The notes: generated by a model from the letters alone, not told the origin. DNA of 64,000 nt from Acidimicrobiia bacterium (GCA_041394025.1 JAWKJA010000002.1:1272021-1336020), one strand, 5' to 3'. Positions 19,879-31,191 are shown, numbered from the stretch's first letter. A program made the numbers and translations.

Positions 19879-20082
19879 AGGTCGGTTCCTCGGGTCTGTC
19901 GGCGGGGGAGTCGGACGGTTTCGCTCGGGAGGGCCGGAGTCCTCGGAAACGGGTGGGAACGGGTTCTACGGCAGCTCGCGCGTCGGTCCACCCCGAAGGG
20001 ATGCGCTCACAAGCTCCAGAGGCTACGGGGTGTGCCCGATGGGGTCCAGCCGAACCCACCCCCCGTTGTGTCGTCGGTCGCC

Positions 20083-20520
20083 TCAGCCCGCCAGGGCAGG
20101 GAAGAACAGAGCGATCTCACGCTCTGCCGATTCCGCGGAGTCGGAGCCGTGCACGAGATTCTCGCCCGTCTCGAGCGCGAAGTCGCCGCGAATCGTGCCG
20201 GGCGCGGCCTCGCGCGGGTTGGTCGCGCCCATCATCGTACGGACCGTCTGCCAGGTGTCGGGCCCGCCCTCCACCACCATCGCCACGAGGGGCGACCGCG
20301 TGATGAACCCGACGAGCTCACCGAAGAACGGCTTCCCCTCGTGCTCGGCGTAGTGGCGTCCCGCGAGCTCTGCGTCGATGCGGCGCAGCTCCATGGCGGC
20401 GATCGCCAGACCCCGCGCCTCCAGGCGGGCGATGATCGTTCCGGCCAGGCCGCGTTCGACGGCGTCGGGCTTGCAGAGGACGAGCGTGCGTCCACCGGCG
20501 GGTGTCTGGTTCTCAGGCAT
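20083..20520 (-). CDS. ndk: nucleoside-diphosphate kinase
   Basis: 145 aa, ...[15 protein letters not shown]...NLVHGSDS... with the catalytic His context. Confidence 0.95.
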   Translation of the reverse strand: MPENQTPAGGRTLVLCKPDAVERGLAGTIIARLEARGLAIAAMELRRIDAELAGRHYAEHEGKPFFGELVGFITRSPLVAMVVEGGPDTWQTVRTMMGATNPREAAPGTIRGDFALETGENLVHGSDSAESAEREIALFFPALAG

Positions 20521-20610
20521 GGCGCGGCAGCGTACCGGGAGGGCGGCGACCGCGGCACACCGTCGTCGAGAGGCGTCCCTGAGGCTCGTATAGCGCGCTC
20601 CACGGACGCA

Positions 20611-21909
20611 TCAAAGCAGTGGCAACGAGGAGCGGACGGCACCGACGAGGTACAGCGACCCCGTGACGAGCAGCTGACCACCGGGCACGGTTGCCCCGCG
20701 AGCGACCTCGAGTGCCTCACGGGGCGCGTCGACGATGGCCATGCGGTCGGCGTCGACGCCGAGTGAGAGCGCGGCATCCGCGAGCTCGGATGGTTCCATC
20801 GCACGTGGGCTGGGTGGGCGTGCACATACGATCTGCTCGGCCGAGCCGGCGTCGAGCGCGTCGAGCATCTCTCGCGCGTCCTTCTCGCGCAGCAACCCTA
20901 CGAGAAGCGTGCGTGGCCCCGGCGCGAACTCCTCGGAGATGGCGGCGAGCATCGCGCGCGCCCCCGCGACGTTGTGAGCTCCGTCGAGCACGACGAGCGG
21001 TTGGTGACCGACCACCTCCAGCCTGCCCGGCGCCGACGTCGCAGCGAACGCGTTCTCGACCACGTCCGCCGGTAGCGGGGCGCCCGTGAACGCCTCGGTG
21101 GCCGCCAGGGCCAGAGCGGCGTTGTCGGCCTGATGGGCACCGTGGAGCGGTAACAGGATGTCTGTGTATGCGTCTTCGGGTGTCGACAATGACAGCAGGC
21201 GTCCACCGTGGGCCAGGGAGTTGGACGTCACGCCGAAGTCCACCCCCCGCCGCAGCACCCGGGCGGCACCGCGGTCGAGGAACCGGCCCACGAGGTCGGG
21301 ATCGGTCTCACCCAGCACGAGGGTGGAACCCGGAGCGATGATCCCCGCCTTGTCGTCGGCGATTCCTTCGCGGCTGCTCCCGAGGTACTCGACGTGGTCG
21401 ACGCTGATGTTGGTCACGACAGCCACCGTTCCGTCGACGACGTTGGTGGCGTCCCACGTCCCACCCAGGCCGACCTCGACGACCGCTGACTCCACGGCGA
21501 CGTCCGCAAACCAACTCAGAGCGCCCGCGGTGATGATCTCGAAGAACGTCGGCCGCTCCTCGACGAACTCCTCCACCAGCGCGACGCGGCTCAGGGTGTC
21601 GGCCAGGTCGTGGTCGGAGATCGGTTCACCGTTGTGCGAGATCCGCTCGTTGAGGCGCTCGAGATGCGGACTGGTGTAGGTACCCGTCGACACGTCGAGC
21701 CCGTTGAGGAGCGACGAGATCATCCGCGCCGTGGAGGTCTTCCCGTTCGTACCGGTGACGTGCACGCTCGGATACTCGACCTGCGGGCTGCCGAGAAGTT
21801 CCGTGACCGCGCGCATTCGGTCGAGAGTCGGCGGTGGCGGTGGGTCGCCGGCTCCGCGCTCGAGGTCGACATGGTCGTCGAGCCACGCCCGCGCCTCGGA
21901 CGGGTTCAT
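20611..21909 (-). CDS. folC: bifunctional folylpolyglutamate synthase / dihydrofolate synthase
   Basis: Starts MNPSEARAWLDDHV within track ORF 20611..22149. Mur-ligase P-loop VHVTGTNGKTST. The ATG at 21909 lies 5 nt after the valS stop. Confidence 0.88.
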   Translation of the reverse strand: MNPSEARAWLDDHVDLERGAGDPPPPPTLDRMRAVTELLGSPQVEYPSVHVTGTNGKTSTARMISSLLNGLDVSTGTYTSPHLERLNERISHNGEPISDHDLADTLSRVALVEEFVEERPTFFEIITAGALSWFADVAVESAVVEVGLGGTWDATNVVDGTVAVVTNISVDHVEYLGSSREGIADDKAGIIAPGSTLVLGETDPDLVGRFLDRGAARVLRRGVDFGVTSNSLAHGGRLLSLSTPEDAYTDILLPLHGAHQADNAALALAATEAFTGAPLPADVVENAFAATSAPGRLEVVGHQPLVVLDGAHNVAGARAMLAAISEEFAPGPRTLLVGLLREKDAREMLDALDAGSAEQIVCARPPSPRAMEPSELADAALSLGVDADRMAIVDAPREALEVARGATVPGGQLLVTGSLYLVGAVRSSLPLL

Positions 21910-21913
21910 CGCG

Positions 21914-24619
21914 TCAACCCAGAGAGGCCCGCTGTGCACGAAGTGCGTCGAGCGACTCCGTGACCTCGACGAGGCGCGCCCGCTGCGCGGCCACGACATC
22001 GGCCGGTGCACGCTCGACGAACGACTCGTTGGCCAGCTTCTTCTCGACCTGGCTCTTCTCCTTGTCGAGCTTTTCCATCTGCCGGTCGAGCTGGGACCGT
22101 GCTGCCTCGAGGTCGATGAGCCCCTCGAAGGGGATGACGACGTCGGCACCGTCGGCGACGATGCGCTGCTCCCCCGTGCGGGCGGGACGTTCCTCGACGT
22201 CGATCACGAGTTCCCCGAGGCCGCCCAGGGCCTCCACCGCGGGCTTCAGGGCCCGGATCGCGCCGGCCTCGGCGGGACCGGCGGGGTGGACGAACGCCGT
22301 GAAGCGCTTCGCCGGCGACACGTTGTGCTCCGAGCGGAAGCGCCGCACCGCCGAGACGACTTCGATGACGACTCCCATGGCCGTGTCGGCGTCGGGGTCG
22401 ACCACGCCGATCCCCTCGGCGGGAAACGATGCCGTGATCACAGTGCCGTCTCCTCCGAGCCGGTGCCAGAGCTCCTCGGTGACGAAGGGAACCACGGGAT
22501 GCAGCAGACGGAGGACGGCACTCAGGCCGGTGCCCAGGATTCTCTGTGTGCGCTCGCGCTGTTGCGCGTCGGCGAGAGGCACCTTCGACAGCTCGATGAA
22601 CCAGTCGCAGAACTCGTCGCGGGTGAAGTGCTGGAGCTCGCGCACGCCGTCGGCGAAGTCGTAGCGCTCGAAGCTCTCGTTGACGCGGGCAACCGTCTGC
22701 TCGAGCCGCGAGATGATCCAGCGCTCGGGGACCGACGCTCCGTCGAGGAGTTCCGACGCGTCGTCGGTTGCGAGTTCGGCGAGGGGACGACCGTCGAGGT
22801 TCATCGACAGGAAACGCGAGGCGTTCCAGAGCTTGTTCACGAAGTTGCGCGCACCTTCGACCCACTCCTCTGCGAGCGGGACGTCCTGGCCGGGGCTGCC
22901 GGCGCGTACGAGGGCGAACCGGAGCGCGTCGACACCGAAGCGGTCGGCCAATTCGAGGGGGTCCACGGCGTTTCCCGTCGACTTGGACATCTTGCGACCC
23001 TCGGCGTCGCGCACGAGCCCGTGGATGGCCACGTGCCGGAACGGGACGTCGCCCGCGAAGTGCAGGCCCATCTGCATCATCCGTGCCACCCAGAAGTAGA
23101 TGATGTCGAAGCCCGTGTGGAGCATGGCGTTCGGGTAGAAGCGTTCGAGGTCGTCGGTCTGCTCCGGCCAGCCGAGTGTCGTGAAGGGCCAGAGGGCCGA
23201 GGAGAACCACGTGTCGAGCACGTCGTCGTCCTGGTGGAGGTCGCGCCCCGCACACGACGGGCACGAGGCCGGGTCCTCCGTGGTGACGATGACCTCGGAG
23301 CAGTCGTTGCAGTACCACGCGGGGATCCGGTGGCCCCACCAGATCTGGCGGGATACACACCAGTCGCGGAGATTCTCCATCCAGTCGACGTAGAGCTTCT
23401 CCCAACGCGTCGGGATGAACTGCGTGCGGTGGTCGCGTACCGCGTCGAGCGCGGGTGCGGCGAGCGGCCCGACCTTCACGAACCACTGGAGCGACAGACG
23501 CGGTTCCACGACGTTGTGGCAGCGGTAGCAGTGACCCACGGAGTGGTCGTACTCCTCGACGCTGATCAGTTCGCCGGCATCGCGCAGCGCCTCCTTGACG
23601 GCCGAGCGCGCCTCGAAGCGGTCCTGGCCCTCGAAGTCACCGCCGTCGCTGTTGACGACGGCCTCGCGGGTGAAGATGGTCACGGCCGGAAGATCGTGCC
23701 GCTGTGCGATCTCGAAGTCGTTGGGATCGTGGGCCGGCGTGACCTTCACGGCACCCGTTCCGAAGCTCGGGTCGACGGCGTCGTCGGCCACGACGGGGAT
23801 CTCCCGCCCGACGAGGGGGAGCATGAGGGTTCGCCCGACGGCGTCGGTGTAGCGGTCGTCGTCGGGGTTCACGGCGACGGCCGTGTCGCCGAGCATCGTC
23901 TCCGCCCGTGTGGTGGCGACCTGAACGGACCCGCTGCCGTCGGTGAAGGGGTAGGAGATCGTGACGAGCTCCCCGGCGACGTCGCGGTGCTCGACCTCGA
24001 TGTCGGACAGCGCCGTGTGGCACCGCGGGCACCAGTTGATGATGCGGTTGGCCCGGTAGACGAGACCCTCCTCGTAGAGGCGCACGAACACGACCCGGAC
24101 GGCCCGGGACAGGCCGTCGTCGAGCGTGAACCGCTCGCGGGCCCAGTCGCACGAGAGACCCATCGTGCGCATCTGCTCGGTGATGCGCCCGCCCGAACGG
24201 GCCTTCCAGTCCCACACCCGCTGCTCGAACGCCTCGCGACCGAGCTCGTGACGGTCGGTGCCCTCCGCGACCAGCTCACGCTCGACGACGTTCTGGGTGG
24301 CGATCCCGGCGTGGTCCGTACCCGGCACCCACAGGGCGGCGAACCCCTGCATGCGCTTTCGGCGGATCGTGGCGTCGATGAGGGAGTGCTCGAACGCGTG
24401 GCCCATGTGGAGCGACCCGGTGACGTTCGGCGGCGGGATGACGATGCAGAACGGGTCACCGTCGGGGTTGACCTCGGGGGCGAAGGCTCCCGCGGCCTCC
24501 CACACGTCGTACCAGCGTTCCTGGGCCCTGTCGGGCCGGTAGGCCTTGGGGAAGTCGACCTCGGGACCCGTGGCGCCGAGCGCGGCAGGTGTCTCGGGAG
24601 CGTCGGCGGGTTCCGGCAT
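21914..24619 (-). CDS. valS: valine--tRNA ligase
   Basis: 901 aa. HIGH-type motif PPPNVTGSLHMGHA, KMSKS motif, and a C-terminal coiled coil. Confidence 0.97.
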   Translation of the reverse strand: MPEPADAPETPAALGATGPEVDFPKAYRPDRAQERWYDVWEAAGAFAPEVNPDGDPFCIVIPPPNVTGSLHMGHAFEHSLIDATIRRKRMQGFAALWVPGTDHAGIATQNVVERELVAEGTDRHELGREAFEQRVWDWKARSGGRITEQMRTMGLSCDWARERFTLDDGLSRAVRVVFVRLYEEGLVYRANRIINWCPRCHTALSDIEVEHRDVAGELVTISYPFTDGSGSVQVATTRAETMLGDTAVAVNPDDDRYTDAVGRTLMLPLVGREIPVVADDAVDPSFGTGAVKVTPAHDPNDFEIAQRHDLPAVTIFTREAVVNSDGGDFEGQDRFEARSAVKEALRDAGELISVEEYDHSVGHCYRCHNVVEPRLSLQWFVKVGPLAAPALDAVRDHRTQFIPTRWEKLYVDWMENLRDWCVSRQIWWGHRIPAWYCNDCSEVIVTTEDPASCPSCAGRDLHQDDDVLDTWFSSALWPFTTLGWPEQTDDLERFYPNAMLHTGFDIIYFWVARMMQMGLHFAGDVPFRHVAIHGLVRDAEGRKMSKSTGNAVDPLELADRFGVDALRFALVRAGSPGQDVPLAEEWVEGARNFVNKLWNASRFLSMNLDGRPLAELATDDASELLDGASVPERWIISRLEQTVARVNESFERYDFADGVRELQHFTRDEFCDWFIELSKVPLADAQQRERTQRILGTGLSAVLRLLHPVVPFVTEELWHRLGGDGTVITASFPAEGIGVVDPDADTAMGVVIEVVSAVRRFRSEHNVSPAKRFTAFVHPAGPAEAGAIRALKPAVEALGGLGELVIDVEERPARTGEQRIVADGADVVIPFEGLIDLEAARSQLDRQMEKLDKEKSQVEKKLANESFVERAPADVVAAQRARLVEVTESLDALRAQRASLG

Positions 24620-24687
24620 GGCCGCTCAGTGTACGGGGACGGGTCCGGGTGCCTTCAGCCGGATTCCGTCCGCGTCGGCGACGTCGG

Positions 24688-25104
24688 TCAGCGGGGACGG
24701 TGCTCGGTTCCGAGGCCGGGAGTGATGAACAGGGCGAGCCCCGGTTCGTGGACGTCGGCCGTGTGCCACACACCTGTCGGATTGACCATGGCGTGTCCCG
24801 GCTCGAGGTCGACGGTGTGCACCTCGCCGTCCACCTCCTGGATGAGAGTGGATCTGCCCGTGAGCTGCACGACGACCTCCTCCCCGGCCGGGTGACGTTC
24901 CCAGCTGTCCCAGGTGGAGCCCTGCGGTGTGATGCACACGAGCCGTCCCTCGGGTCCGTCGCCGGCGAACCGGTCGGCGTACGACGCGAGGAACTCGGGA
25001 GTCCACTCGAAGTCGGGAACAGGCGTCGCGAGGGAGCCCGTACCCAGGTGAACGAACGTCGACGCCAGGTCGAAGGCGTCGTCGCCTGGTTGCGGGCGGC
25101 TCAC
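24688..25104 (-). CDS. cupin-domain protein
   Basis: 138 aa, ...WERHPAGEEVVVQLTGRSTLIQEVDGEVHTVDLEPGHAMVNPTGVWH..., a typical cupin beta-barrel pattern. Confidence 0.65.
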   Translation of the reverse strand: MSRPQPGDDAFDLASTFVHLGTGSLATPVPDFEWTPEFLASYADRFAGDGPEGRLVCITPQGSTWDSWERHPAGEEVVVQLTGRSTLIQEVDGEVHTVDLEPGHAMVNPTGVWHTADVHEPGLALFITPGLGTEHRPR

Positions 25105-25571
25105 TCGTGCATCTCCGATGGCATCCGATCGTGCATCTCCTCACCGGTGAGATCCTCGATGAGTGTCGACACCGACCACCGGTGGCCGAAGGGGTCCAGC
25201 AGTGTGCCCTGGCGGGACCCGTGGAACTGGTTCTCCGGCTCGCGTTCAGACGTGGCGCCCTTGGCCACGGCGTCGGCGAACACCGCGTCGACGTCGTCGA
25301 CGTAGAGGACGAGCTGAACGGATGTTCCGCCGAGGCTCGATGGTCCGAGCACGTCCATCTCGGCGAACTCGTCGGCGATCATCACGATGGCATCGCCGAA
25401 GCGGAGCTCCGCGTGGCCGACCTGACCGGTGGGCATCACGAAGGGCTCGTACTCGACGGTGGCACCGAACACGTCGCGGTACCACTCGATCGCCTTCTGC
25501 GCACCGTCGACCGCCAGGTAGGGCGTGACGGACGTGAGTCGGGCCGGCGTGGGGACGTCCGACATGGTCAA
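25101..25571 (-). CDS. VOC (glyoxalase/bleomycin-resistance, PhnB-like) family protein
   Basis: 156 aa, VTPYLAVDGAQKAIEWYRDVFGA...HAELRFGDAIVMIADEF...DPFGHRW. Confidence 0.75.
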   Translation of the reverse strand: MTMSDVPTPARLTSVTPYLAVDGAQKAIEWYRDVFGATVEYEPFVMPTGQVGHAELRFGDAIVMIADEFAEMDVLGPSSLGGTSVQLVLYVDDVDAVFADAVAKGATSEREPENQFHGSRQGTLLDPFGHRWSVSTLIEDLTGEEMHDRMPSEMHE

Positions 25572-25616
25572 CCTCCGGGCTCGGGACCCGAAGTATCGCG
25601 CGGTGCGTTGGGGAGA

Positions 25617-26867
25617 TCAGGCGCTCTGTCGCCGCTCACCCTCTTCGAGCGTCGGGGCCACGTTGCCGCGCACGACATCCTCGTCGACGACACACCGGCT
25701 CACGTCGGAACGGCTCGGCAGGTCGTACATGACCTCGAGCAGCACACCTTCGAGGATGGCCCGCAGGCCCCGGGCACCGGTACCCCGCTCGAGCGCGAGG
25801 TCGGCCACCGCCTCCATGGCACCGTCGGTGAACTCGAGCTCGACATCGTCGAAGTGGAAGAACTTCTCGTACTGCTTGGAGAGCGCGTTCTTGGGCTCGC
25901 GCAGGATGCGAACGAGTGCCTCCTGGTCGAGATTGTCGACCGAGCTCATGACGGGAAGACGCCCGACGAACTCGGGGATGAGGCCGAACTTCAGCAGGTC
26001 CTCGGGGAGCGCATCGTTGAGGACGTGGCCGATCTCGCGGTCGTCGTTTCGCCGGAGGTCGGCGCCGAACCCGACGCCCTGGTTCCCGATTCGGCTCTCG
26101 ATGATCTTGTCGAGCCCGGCGAACGCTCCGCCGCAGATGAACAACACGTTGGTCGTGTCGATCTGGATGAACTCCTGGTGCGGGTGCTTACGGCCGCCCT
26201 GTGGTGGGACCGAGGCCGTGGTGCCCTCGAGGATCTTGAGGAGTGCCTGCTGGACGCCCTCGCCCGACACGTCGCGGGTGATCGACGGGTTTTCGGCCTT
26301 GCGGGCGATCTTGTCGATCTCGTCGATGTAGATGATCCCCGTCTCGGCCTTCTTGACGTCGTAGTCGGCGGCCTGGATCAGCTTGAGGAGGATGTTCTCG
26401 ACGTCCTCACCGACGTAGCCGGCCTCGGTGAGCGCCGTGGCGTCGGCGATGGCGAACGGCACCTTGAGCATCCGGGCGAGGGTCTGGGCCAGGAGCGTCT
26501 TGCCGCAACCCGTGGGGCCGATGAGGAGGATGTTCGACTTCTGGAGCTCGACGTCGGGGTCGCCGTACGCGCCGACCTGCACACGCTTGTAGTGGTTGTA
26601 GACGGCGACCGAGAGGATCTTCTTTGCCGTCTCCTGTCCGATGACGTAGCCGTTGAGATAGTCGTAGATCTCACTCGGCTTGGGGAGCTCGTCGAAGCTG
26701 ACCTCGTCGGTCTGGCTCAGCTCCTCTTCGATGATCTCGTTGCAGAGGTCGATGCACTCGTCGCAGATGTAGACACCCGGGCCCGCGATCAGCTTCTTGA
26801 CCTGCTTCTGGCTCTTCCCGCAGAAAGAGCACTTCAGCAGGTCGCCGCCGTCACCGAACTTCGCCAC
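25617..26867 (-). CDS. clpX: ATP-dependent Clp protease ATP-binding subunit ClpX
   Basis: 416 aa. Zinc ribbon [26 protein letters not shown] and Walker [13 protein letters not shown]. Confidence 0.97.
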   Translation of the reverse strand: MAKFGDGGDLLKCSFCGKSQKQVKKLIAGPGVYICDECIDLCNEIIEEELSQTDEVSFDELPKPSEIYDYLNGYVIGQETAKKILSVAVYNHYKRVQVGAYGDPDVELQKSNILLIGPTGCGKTLLAQTLARMLKVPFAIADATALTEAGYVGEDVENILLKLIQAADYDVKKAETGIIYIDEIDKIARKAENPSITRDVSGEGVQQALLKILEGTTASVPPQGGRKHPHQEFIQIDTTNVLFICGGAFAGLDKIIESRIGNQGVGFGADLRRNDDREIGHVLNDALPEDLLKFGLIPEFVGRLPVMSSVDNLDQEALVRILREPKNALSKQYEKFFHFDDVELEFTDGAMEAVADLALERGTGARGLRAILEGVLLEVMYDLPSRSDVSRCVVDEDVVRGNVAPTLEEGERRQSA

Positions 26868-26906
26868 GGTCCCCTCCTCGCCGTGTCGTCGGTCCTGTTG
26901 CGGGCT

Positions 26907-27536
26907 CTAGTTCGCCGCCGCCGTGACGGCGGAGAGCTCGCGGGCACTGATCACCTCGTCAATGATGCCGTATTCCCTGGCCTCTTCCGCGCTCATGATG
27001 TAGTCGCGGTCCGTGTCGGTGGAGATCTTCTCGATGGACTGGCCCGTGTGGGAGGCCAGGAGCTCGTCGAGACTCTTGCGCATCCGGATCATCTCCTTGG
27101 CCTGGATCTCGATGTCGGCCACCTGGCCCTGGGTCCCGCCGTGGGGCTGGTGGATGAGGACCCGGGCGTGGGGCAGGCAGAACCGCTTGCCCTTCTCGCC
27201 GGCGCCGAGGAGCACCGCCGCAGCGGAGGCGGCCTGTCCGACGCAGATCGTCTGCACCTTGGGCTTGATGTACTGCATCGTGTCGTAGATGGCGAACAGG
27301 CCCGTGATCTCGCCGCCGGGCGAGTTGACGTAGATCGAAATGTCCTTGTCGGGGTCCTCGCTCTCGAGGTGGAGGAGCTGGGCGATCATGAGGTTGGCGA
27401 CGGCGTCGTCGATCGGCGTACCGAGGAAGATGATCCGTTCCTTCAGGAGCCGGGAGTAGATGTCGAAAGCACGCTCGCCGCGGCTGGTCTGCTCCACCAC
27501 GGTCGGCACGAGGTAGTTGAGGGTGGGCTCGTTCAC
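26907..27536 (-). CDS. clpP: ATP-dependent Clp protease proteolytic subunit
   Basis: 209 aa, [19 protein letters not shown]...[11 protein letters not shown].... Confidence 0.96.
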   Translation of the reverse strand: MNEPTLNYLVPTVVEQTSRGERAFDIYSRLLKERIIFLGTPIDDAVANLMIAQLLHLESEDPDKDISIYVNSPGGEITGLFAIYDTMQYIKPKVQTICVGQAASAAAVLLGAGEKGKRFCLPHARVLIHQPHGGTQGQVADIEIQAKEMIRMRKSLDELLASHTGQSIEKISTDTDRDYIMSAEEAREYGIIDEVISARELSAVTAAAN

Positions 27537-28942
27537 GCTGTCGTGTCCTCCTGGCCGTTCCCGCCGGAACTGGTGTCGTCTTCGGATTCGTCGTCTACGG
27601 ATTCGTCGTCTGCGGATTCGTCGGGCTCGGGAACGGTGAGGTCGAGCGGGTTCCCGTCGGGATCCACCACCTCGGTGTTCTCGACCAGGAACTGCAGGGC
27701 CTTGCCCCGTGCCACCTCAGAGCGTACCGCCCCCAGTACCCCCCTCTTGTCGAGATCCTTCCGCAGGGCTTCGGGCTTCTCGTCCATCTGGTTCGCCAGG
27801 CGCTCGATCTCGGCGTCGATCTCCTCGTCCGTCGGTTCGATCTGCTCCTGTTCCACCACGGACCGGAGGCCCAGGTCGGCGAGCACCGCCCGCCCCGCGC
27901 CCTCACGCGCGCCCTCGAGGAACTCCTTCGGCTCCTGTCCCGTCACAGCGAGGTACTGCTCGAGGGACACGCCCTGCGGCTCGAGACGGTGGGCGAGATC
28001 GTGCAGACGTCGCTGCACCTCCTCGTCGACGAGCGCCTCGGGCGGCTCGATGTCGACGAGCTCGGCCAGCGCCTCGAGCACCTTGTCGCGCAGTGCCATC
28101 TGCGCCTGCATGACGGCGTAGACACCGATGCGCTCACGGATGTCGTCGCGCAGCTCCTCGATCGTGTCGAACTCGCCGGCCTCGGAGGCGAACTCGTCGT
28201 CGGCGGCCGGGAGGTTCTTGCGCTGCGTCTCCTTCACGAGCACCCGGAAGCTCACGGTCTCCCCTGCGTGCTCGGCGGCCGTTTCGGGAAGCTCGGCGGT
28301 GAACTCGAGAACCGAGCCCGGCTTCTCACCGCGCAGCTCGTCGTCGAGCTCGGGGACGACACGACCGGAGCCGACCTCGTAGAGGTAGTCGGTGGCGGAG
28401 AGGTCGTCGATCGGCTCGCCGTCGAGCGACCCCTGGATGTCGACACTGGCGAAGTCGCCGTCGATGAGGGGGGTCGTCGACTCCTCGAGGCCGGCGAAAC
28501 GTTCACGTAGCTGATCGACCTGGGCGTCGACGGCCTCGTCGTCGGGCTCGGGCGACTCCATCTCGACGCGGAGCTCGTCGTAGCCCGACACCGTGACGGT
28601 GGGGCGCACCTCGACGACCGCCGAGAACTCCACGTCGCCGTCGTCCTCGCCGGCCGTGATCTCGATCTCGGGCTGGGCGATCACGTCGATGTCCTCGGAG
28701 GTGACGGCATCGGCGTAGTACCCGGGGATGGCGTCGCGCAGCGCCTGCTCACGGGCGGCGTCGGGGCCGAACTGCGCCTCGAGGAGCTTGCGGGGGGCCC
28801 TGCCCGGGCGGAACCCGGGGATCTTCACCTCGCGGGCCAGCTTCCGGAACGCCGCGTCGACCGCCGTCTCGAAGTCGTCAGCGGGGACGGTGACGCTGAG
28901 CTTGACCTTGTTCTCTTCGAACGGCTCGACGGAGGTGTGCAT
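27533..28942 (-). CDS. tig: trigger factor
   Basis: Starts [20 protein letters not shown] within track ORF 27533..29050. FKBP-like middle domain and an acidic C-terminal tail. Confidence 0.93.
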   Translation of the reverse strand: MHTSVEPFEENKVKLSVTVPADDFETAVDAAFRKLAREVKIPGFRPGRAPRKLLEAQFGPDAAREQALRDAIPGYYADAVTSEDIDVIAQPEIEITAGEDDGDVEFSAVVEVRPTVTVSGYDELRVEMESPEPDDEAVDAQVDQLRERFAGLEESTTPLIDGDFASVDIQGSLDGEPIDDLSATDYLYEVGSGRVVPELDDELRGEKPGSVLEFTAELPETAAEHAGETVSFRVLVKETQRKNLPAADDEFASEAGEFDTIEELRDDIRERIGVYAVMQAQMALRDKVLEALAELVDIEPPEALVDEEVQRRLHDLAHRLEPQGVSLEQYLAVTGQEPKEFLEGAREGAGRAVLADLGLRSVVEQEQIEPTDEEIDAEIERLANQMDEKPEALRKDLDKRGVLGAVRSEVARGKALQFLVENTEVVDPDGNPLDLTVPEPDESADDESVDDESEDDTSSGGNGQEDTTA

Positions 28943-29068
28943 GTGAACGGGTGAGTCTACCGACGGCCTGCCGCGCTTCCGGGAACGCTGCCACGGTCGG
29001 CGCGGGCTCGTCCCTGCCTCGTCTCGGGTGGCGCAGGGTACCTGCGCCACTTACCCTCGTCCCGGGTA

Positions 29069-29145
29069 CGGGGAGTGGCGCAGGTTGGCAGCGCGCCTGC
29101 TTTGGGAGCAGGAGGTCGGGGGTTCAAATCCCCCCTCCCCGACCA
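29069..29145 (+). tRNA. tRNA-Pro (anticodon TGG), CCA encoded
   Basis: Hand-folded cloverleaf. Acceptor cggggag/ctccccg, anticodon stem cctgc/gcagg with loop tttggga, T arm ggggg-ttcaaat-ccccc. Confidence 0.9.
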
Positions 29146-29188
29146 GCACGGCAATGGCCCTCCCGGCTGCGGCTACCGTGGCGACCTC

Positions 29189-29259
29189 GCGGGTGTAGCT
29201 CAATGGCAGAGCCTCAGACTTCCAATCTGATGACGCGGGTTCGATCCCCGTCACCCGCT
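29189..29259 (+). tRNA. tRNA-Gly (anticodon TCC)
   Basis: Acceptor gcgggtg/cacccgc, anticodon stem tcaga/tctga with loop cttccaa, T loop ttcgatc. Confidence 0.9.
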
Positions 29260-29332
29260 CGACAGGCACTCCACACCGGGTCGTCGACACAGTGCTCCCC
29301 GACGTGGATCGTCCCGGCTCTGAGGCAACGGC

Positions 29333-29851
29333 ATGCGCATCCGAGCTCCTGATCTCGATGTCGTCCGGGGTGACATCGTCGCCGAGCGCGTCGATGCCGT
29401 GGTCAACGCCGCCAACTCGTCGTTGCTGGGAGGCGGCGGCGTCGACGGAGCCATCCACCGCGCGGCCGGGCCCGAGCTCATCGAGCACTGCCGGACCCTC
29501 GGAGGCTGTGCGACGGGCCACGCCGTCGTCACGCCCGGCTTCGGGCTGACGGCCCGCTGGATCATCCACACCGTCGGGCCGGTGTGGCACGGCGGCGACC
29601 GGGGAGAGCCCGACCTGCTGGCGTCCTGCTACCGGGCGTCGCTCGCCCGCGCCGAGGAGGTGGGCGCCACGACGCTCGCCTTCCCGGCGATCTCCACCGG
29701 CGTGTACGGCTACCCGGTGCCCGCCGCCGCCTCCGTGGCTGTCGGGACCGTGCGCTCGAGCGACACCTCGGTCCGTCACATCCGCTTCGTGTGCTTCGAC
29801 GATCTCACGGTGCAGGCCTACCGAACGGCCCTCGAGAACTCCGAGGCTTGA
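29333..29851 (+). CDS. macro-domain protein (O-acetyl-ADP-ribose deacetylase-like)
   Basis: 172 aa, [34 protein letters not shown]...[12 protein letters not shown], the canonical macro-domain motifs. Confidence 0.9.
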   Translation: MRIRAPDLDVVRGDIVAERVDAVVNAANSSLLGGGGVDGAIHRAAGPELIEHCRTLGGCATGHAVVTPGFGLTARWIIHTVGPVWHGGDRGEPDLLASCYRASLARAEEVGATTLAFPAISTGVYGYPVPAAASVAVGTVRSSDTSVRHIRFVCFDDLTVQAYRTALENSEA

Positions 29852-29864
29852 CGTCGACGCTGCT

Positions 29865-30860
29865 CTACAGCCGCACGAGGACCTTGCCGGTGTTGGCGCC
29901 CGTGAACAGGCGCTCGAGCCCGTCGGGGGCGCTGTCGAGGCCATCGAGCACGTCGACGGCGTAGCGCAGCTCGCCCGCCTCGACCCACCCCCCGAGCTCG
30001 ATCGCGGCGTGGACGTAGCGGTCGAGGTAGTCGAGCACGATGAAGCCCTCCATCCGCCCCCGCCTCGAGATGAGAACCGGCAGGTTGCGGGGCCCCGGCG
30101 GCGGCTCCTCGTCGTTGTAGGTGGAGATCGATCCACACATCACGACCCGGCCGTGCATCGCCAGGTGTCCCAGGGCAGCGTCGAGTATCTCGCCCCCGAC
30201 GTTGTCGAAGAAGACGTCGACCCCGTCGGGGCAGGTCTCACCGATGCGGGCCGCGACGTCGTCCGTCCTGTAGTTGACCGCAGCGTCGAAGCCCAACTCG
30301 CCGGTGAGCCAGGCGCACTTCTCGTCGCTCCCGGCGATCCCGACGACCCGGCAGCCCTTGATGCGGGCGATCTGGCCCGCCACCGAGCCGGTGGCGCCGG
30401 CCGCGCCCGAGACCAGGACGGTCTCCCCCGGCTCGGGACGCCCGACGTCGAGCAGGCCGAAGTATGCCGTGACGCCGGTGATGCCGTAGACGCTCATGGC
30501 CGCCTCGGCATCGATCTCGTCGGGGATGACCTGGGTCAGGTCGTCGGCGAGCACGGCGTACTCCTGCCACCCGGTGAGGCCCGCCACGGTGGAACCGACC
30601 GGGTACCTGTCGTTGTTCGAGGCGACGACCTCACCGAGGCCGCTGCTTCGGATGACGTCGCCGATCGCGATGGCGGGCAGATAGGTGTCCATGGCCATCC
30701 ACCCGCGGATCGTGGGATCCACCGACAGCAACTCGACCTTCACGAGCGCCTCACCCTCACCCGGCTCGGGAACAGGCAACTCCTCGGTGTCGAAGCACTC
30801 ACGGGTGACCGGGCCGTGCGGTCGCTGACGGAGAACGATGCGACGGTTCCTCTCGGTCAT
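29865..30860 (-). CDS. NADP-dependent oxidoreductase, medium-chain reductase family (CurA/YncB-like)
   Basis: Starts MTERNRRIVLRQRPHGP within track ORF 29865..31001. Nucleotide-binding VLVSGAAGATGSVAGQIARIKG. Confidence 0.85.
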   Translation of the reverse strand: MTERNRRIVLRQRPHGPVTRECFDTEELPVPEPGEGEALVKVELLSVDPTIRGWMAMDTYLPAIAIGDVIRSSGLGEVVASNNDRYPVGSTVAGLTGWQEYAVLADDLTQVIPDEIDAEAAMSVYGITGVTAYFGLLDVGRPEPGETVLVSGAAGATGSVAGQIARIKGCRVVGIAGSDEKCAWLTGELGFDAAVNYRTDDVAARIGETCPDGVDVFFDNVGGEILDAALGHLAMHGRVVMCGSISTYNDEEPPPGPRNLPVLISRRGRMEGFIVLDYLDRYVHAAIELGGWVEAGELRYAVDVLDGLDSAPDGLERLFTGANTGKVLVRL

Positions 30861-31027
30861 CGGGTCTCCATCGGTCGTGCGTCCGTCACGGCGGCCGGTG
30901 GTCGGCGCCGCTGCCATGTCAACAGTCGCCGCCGCCGGGCGCAAGCGGCGGTGGATGCCGCGGTACGACGCGGCGAGGCAGCCGCACCCGGCCCGGTACA
31001 CTGCTCGGGCGCCCTGGATGGTTACGA

Positions 31028-31100
31028 GCGCCCGTAGCTCAGGGGACAGAGCGTCGGACTTCTAATCCGATGGTCGGGGGTTCGAATCCTCCCGGGCGCG
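31028..31100 (+). tRNA. tRNA-Arg (anticodon TCT)
   Basis: Acceptor gcgcccg/cgggcgc, anticodon stem tcgga/tccga with loop cttctaa, T arm ggggg-ttcgaat-cctcc. Confidence 0.9.
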
Positions 31101-31191
31101 CCCGTGTCGGTGCCGTGATGTCTGCGCCATGACGTCACCGATGCGACAGCGCACACAAGACAGCCCACACAGACAGCGCCCAAGAAAACAT

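Noticed and set aside
19879-20082. 204-nt mreB upstream region with a CAUCCC-UUCG-GGGUG-like hairpin, considered as a riboswitch, leader or ndk terminator
   Set aside because: Only a 5-bp stem with one wobble pair could be drawn. There is no U-tract and no recognisable riboswitch consensus. The evidence is insufficient.
29333-29851. Macro-domain protein next to tRNA genes considered as a DarG-like antitoxin
   Set aside because: No DarT-like or other toxin ORF is adjacent, the protein is a stand-alone 172-aa macro domain of the YmdB type, and composition is native. It is most likely a housekeeping ADP-ribose deacylase.
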